DNA of 48,986 nucleotides, filler included, from Catajapyx aquilonaris (lineage: Eukaryota), in the NCBI GenBank assembly GCA_000934665.2. It is 2 parts of 2 records of this genome, joined end to end, with 100 filler letters (N's around TTAATTAATTAA, not from the genome) between each part and the next. Parts side by side here need not be neighbours in the genome. Positions count along the whole stretch, not along the records: positions 24,530 to 48,986 come from JYFJ02005510.1; 1 more part is not named here. One strand, given 5' to 3'. Position 1 is the first letter of the stretch, and each line of letters starts with the position of its first letter. Made by a program: the position numbers and the translations under genes. The notes beneath the pieces are model-generated. The model saw nothing but the letters and a program-made list of their open reading frames with translations. It did no database searches and was not told where the DNA came from. Shown here piece after piece: positions 48,811-48,986 of the stretch.

Positions 48811-48986
48811 TATACAGGGTGATCAAACTTTTTTGTCGTTTTAGTTATTGACAAATTCGGCCTAAGCTGCTTATATTGTAGCCCGTTCCCTGGCAACCCC
48901 GTCCGGCGGGCCAATTCAAACATCGGCCCATGGAGAGCGCTTCCATTGTTGCCACTGTTTACAAATCGAGTGAGTGACGCGGACGA

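Overview
Eukaryotic, intron-containing genomic DNA with arthropod-like proteins. It is two contigs joined by an artificial 100-bp linker (44 N + TTAATTAATTAA + 44 N at 24430-24529). The left contig carries the 5' end of an SLC6 Na+-dependent amino-acid transporter gene (minus strand), then a tandem pair of intact 16-exon adhesion GPCR genes (plus strand; Thr/Pro mucin stalk - LamG/pentraxin-like domain - GAIN/GPS - 7TM) separated by a 5'-truncated LINE, then the 3' exons of signal peptide peptidase HM13 (minus). The right contig carries seven exons of CPSF2/CPSF100 (plus; 5' exons missing), with introns and flanks full of MITEs (Tc1/mariner, pogo/Tigger, hAT, Harbinger-like), Helitron/DINE-like pieces and a tRNA-derived SINE. 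The most notable item is the adhesion GPCR pair. Both copies lack the GPS autoproteolysis motif (HL/T replaced by KF/G and QF/G), both carry a basic KR-S site in the ectodomain, and both appear to have Arg at the conserved TM2 His position. Together these suggest a non-canonical activation mode. Exon coordinates were read by hand from GT/AG sites and phase continuity; no database searches were run.
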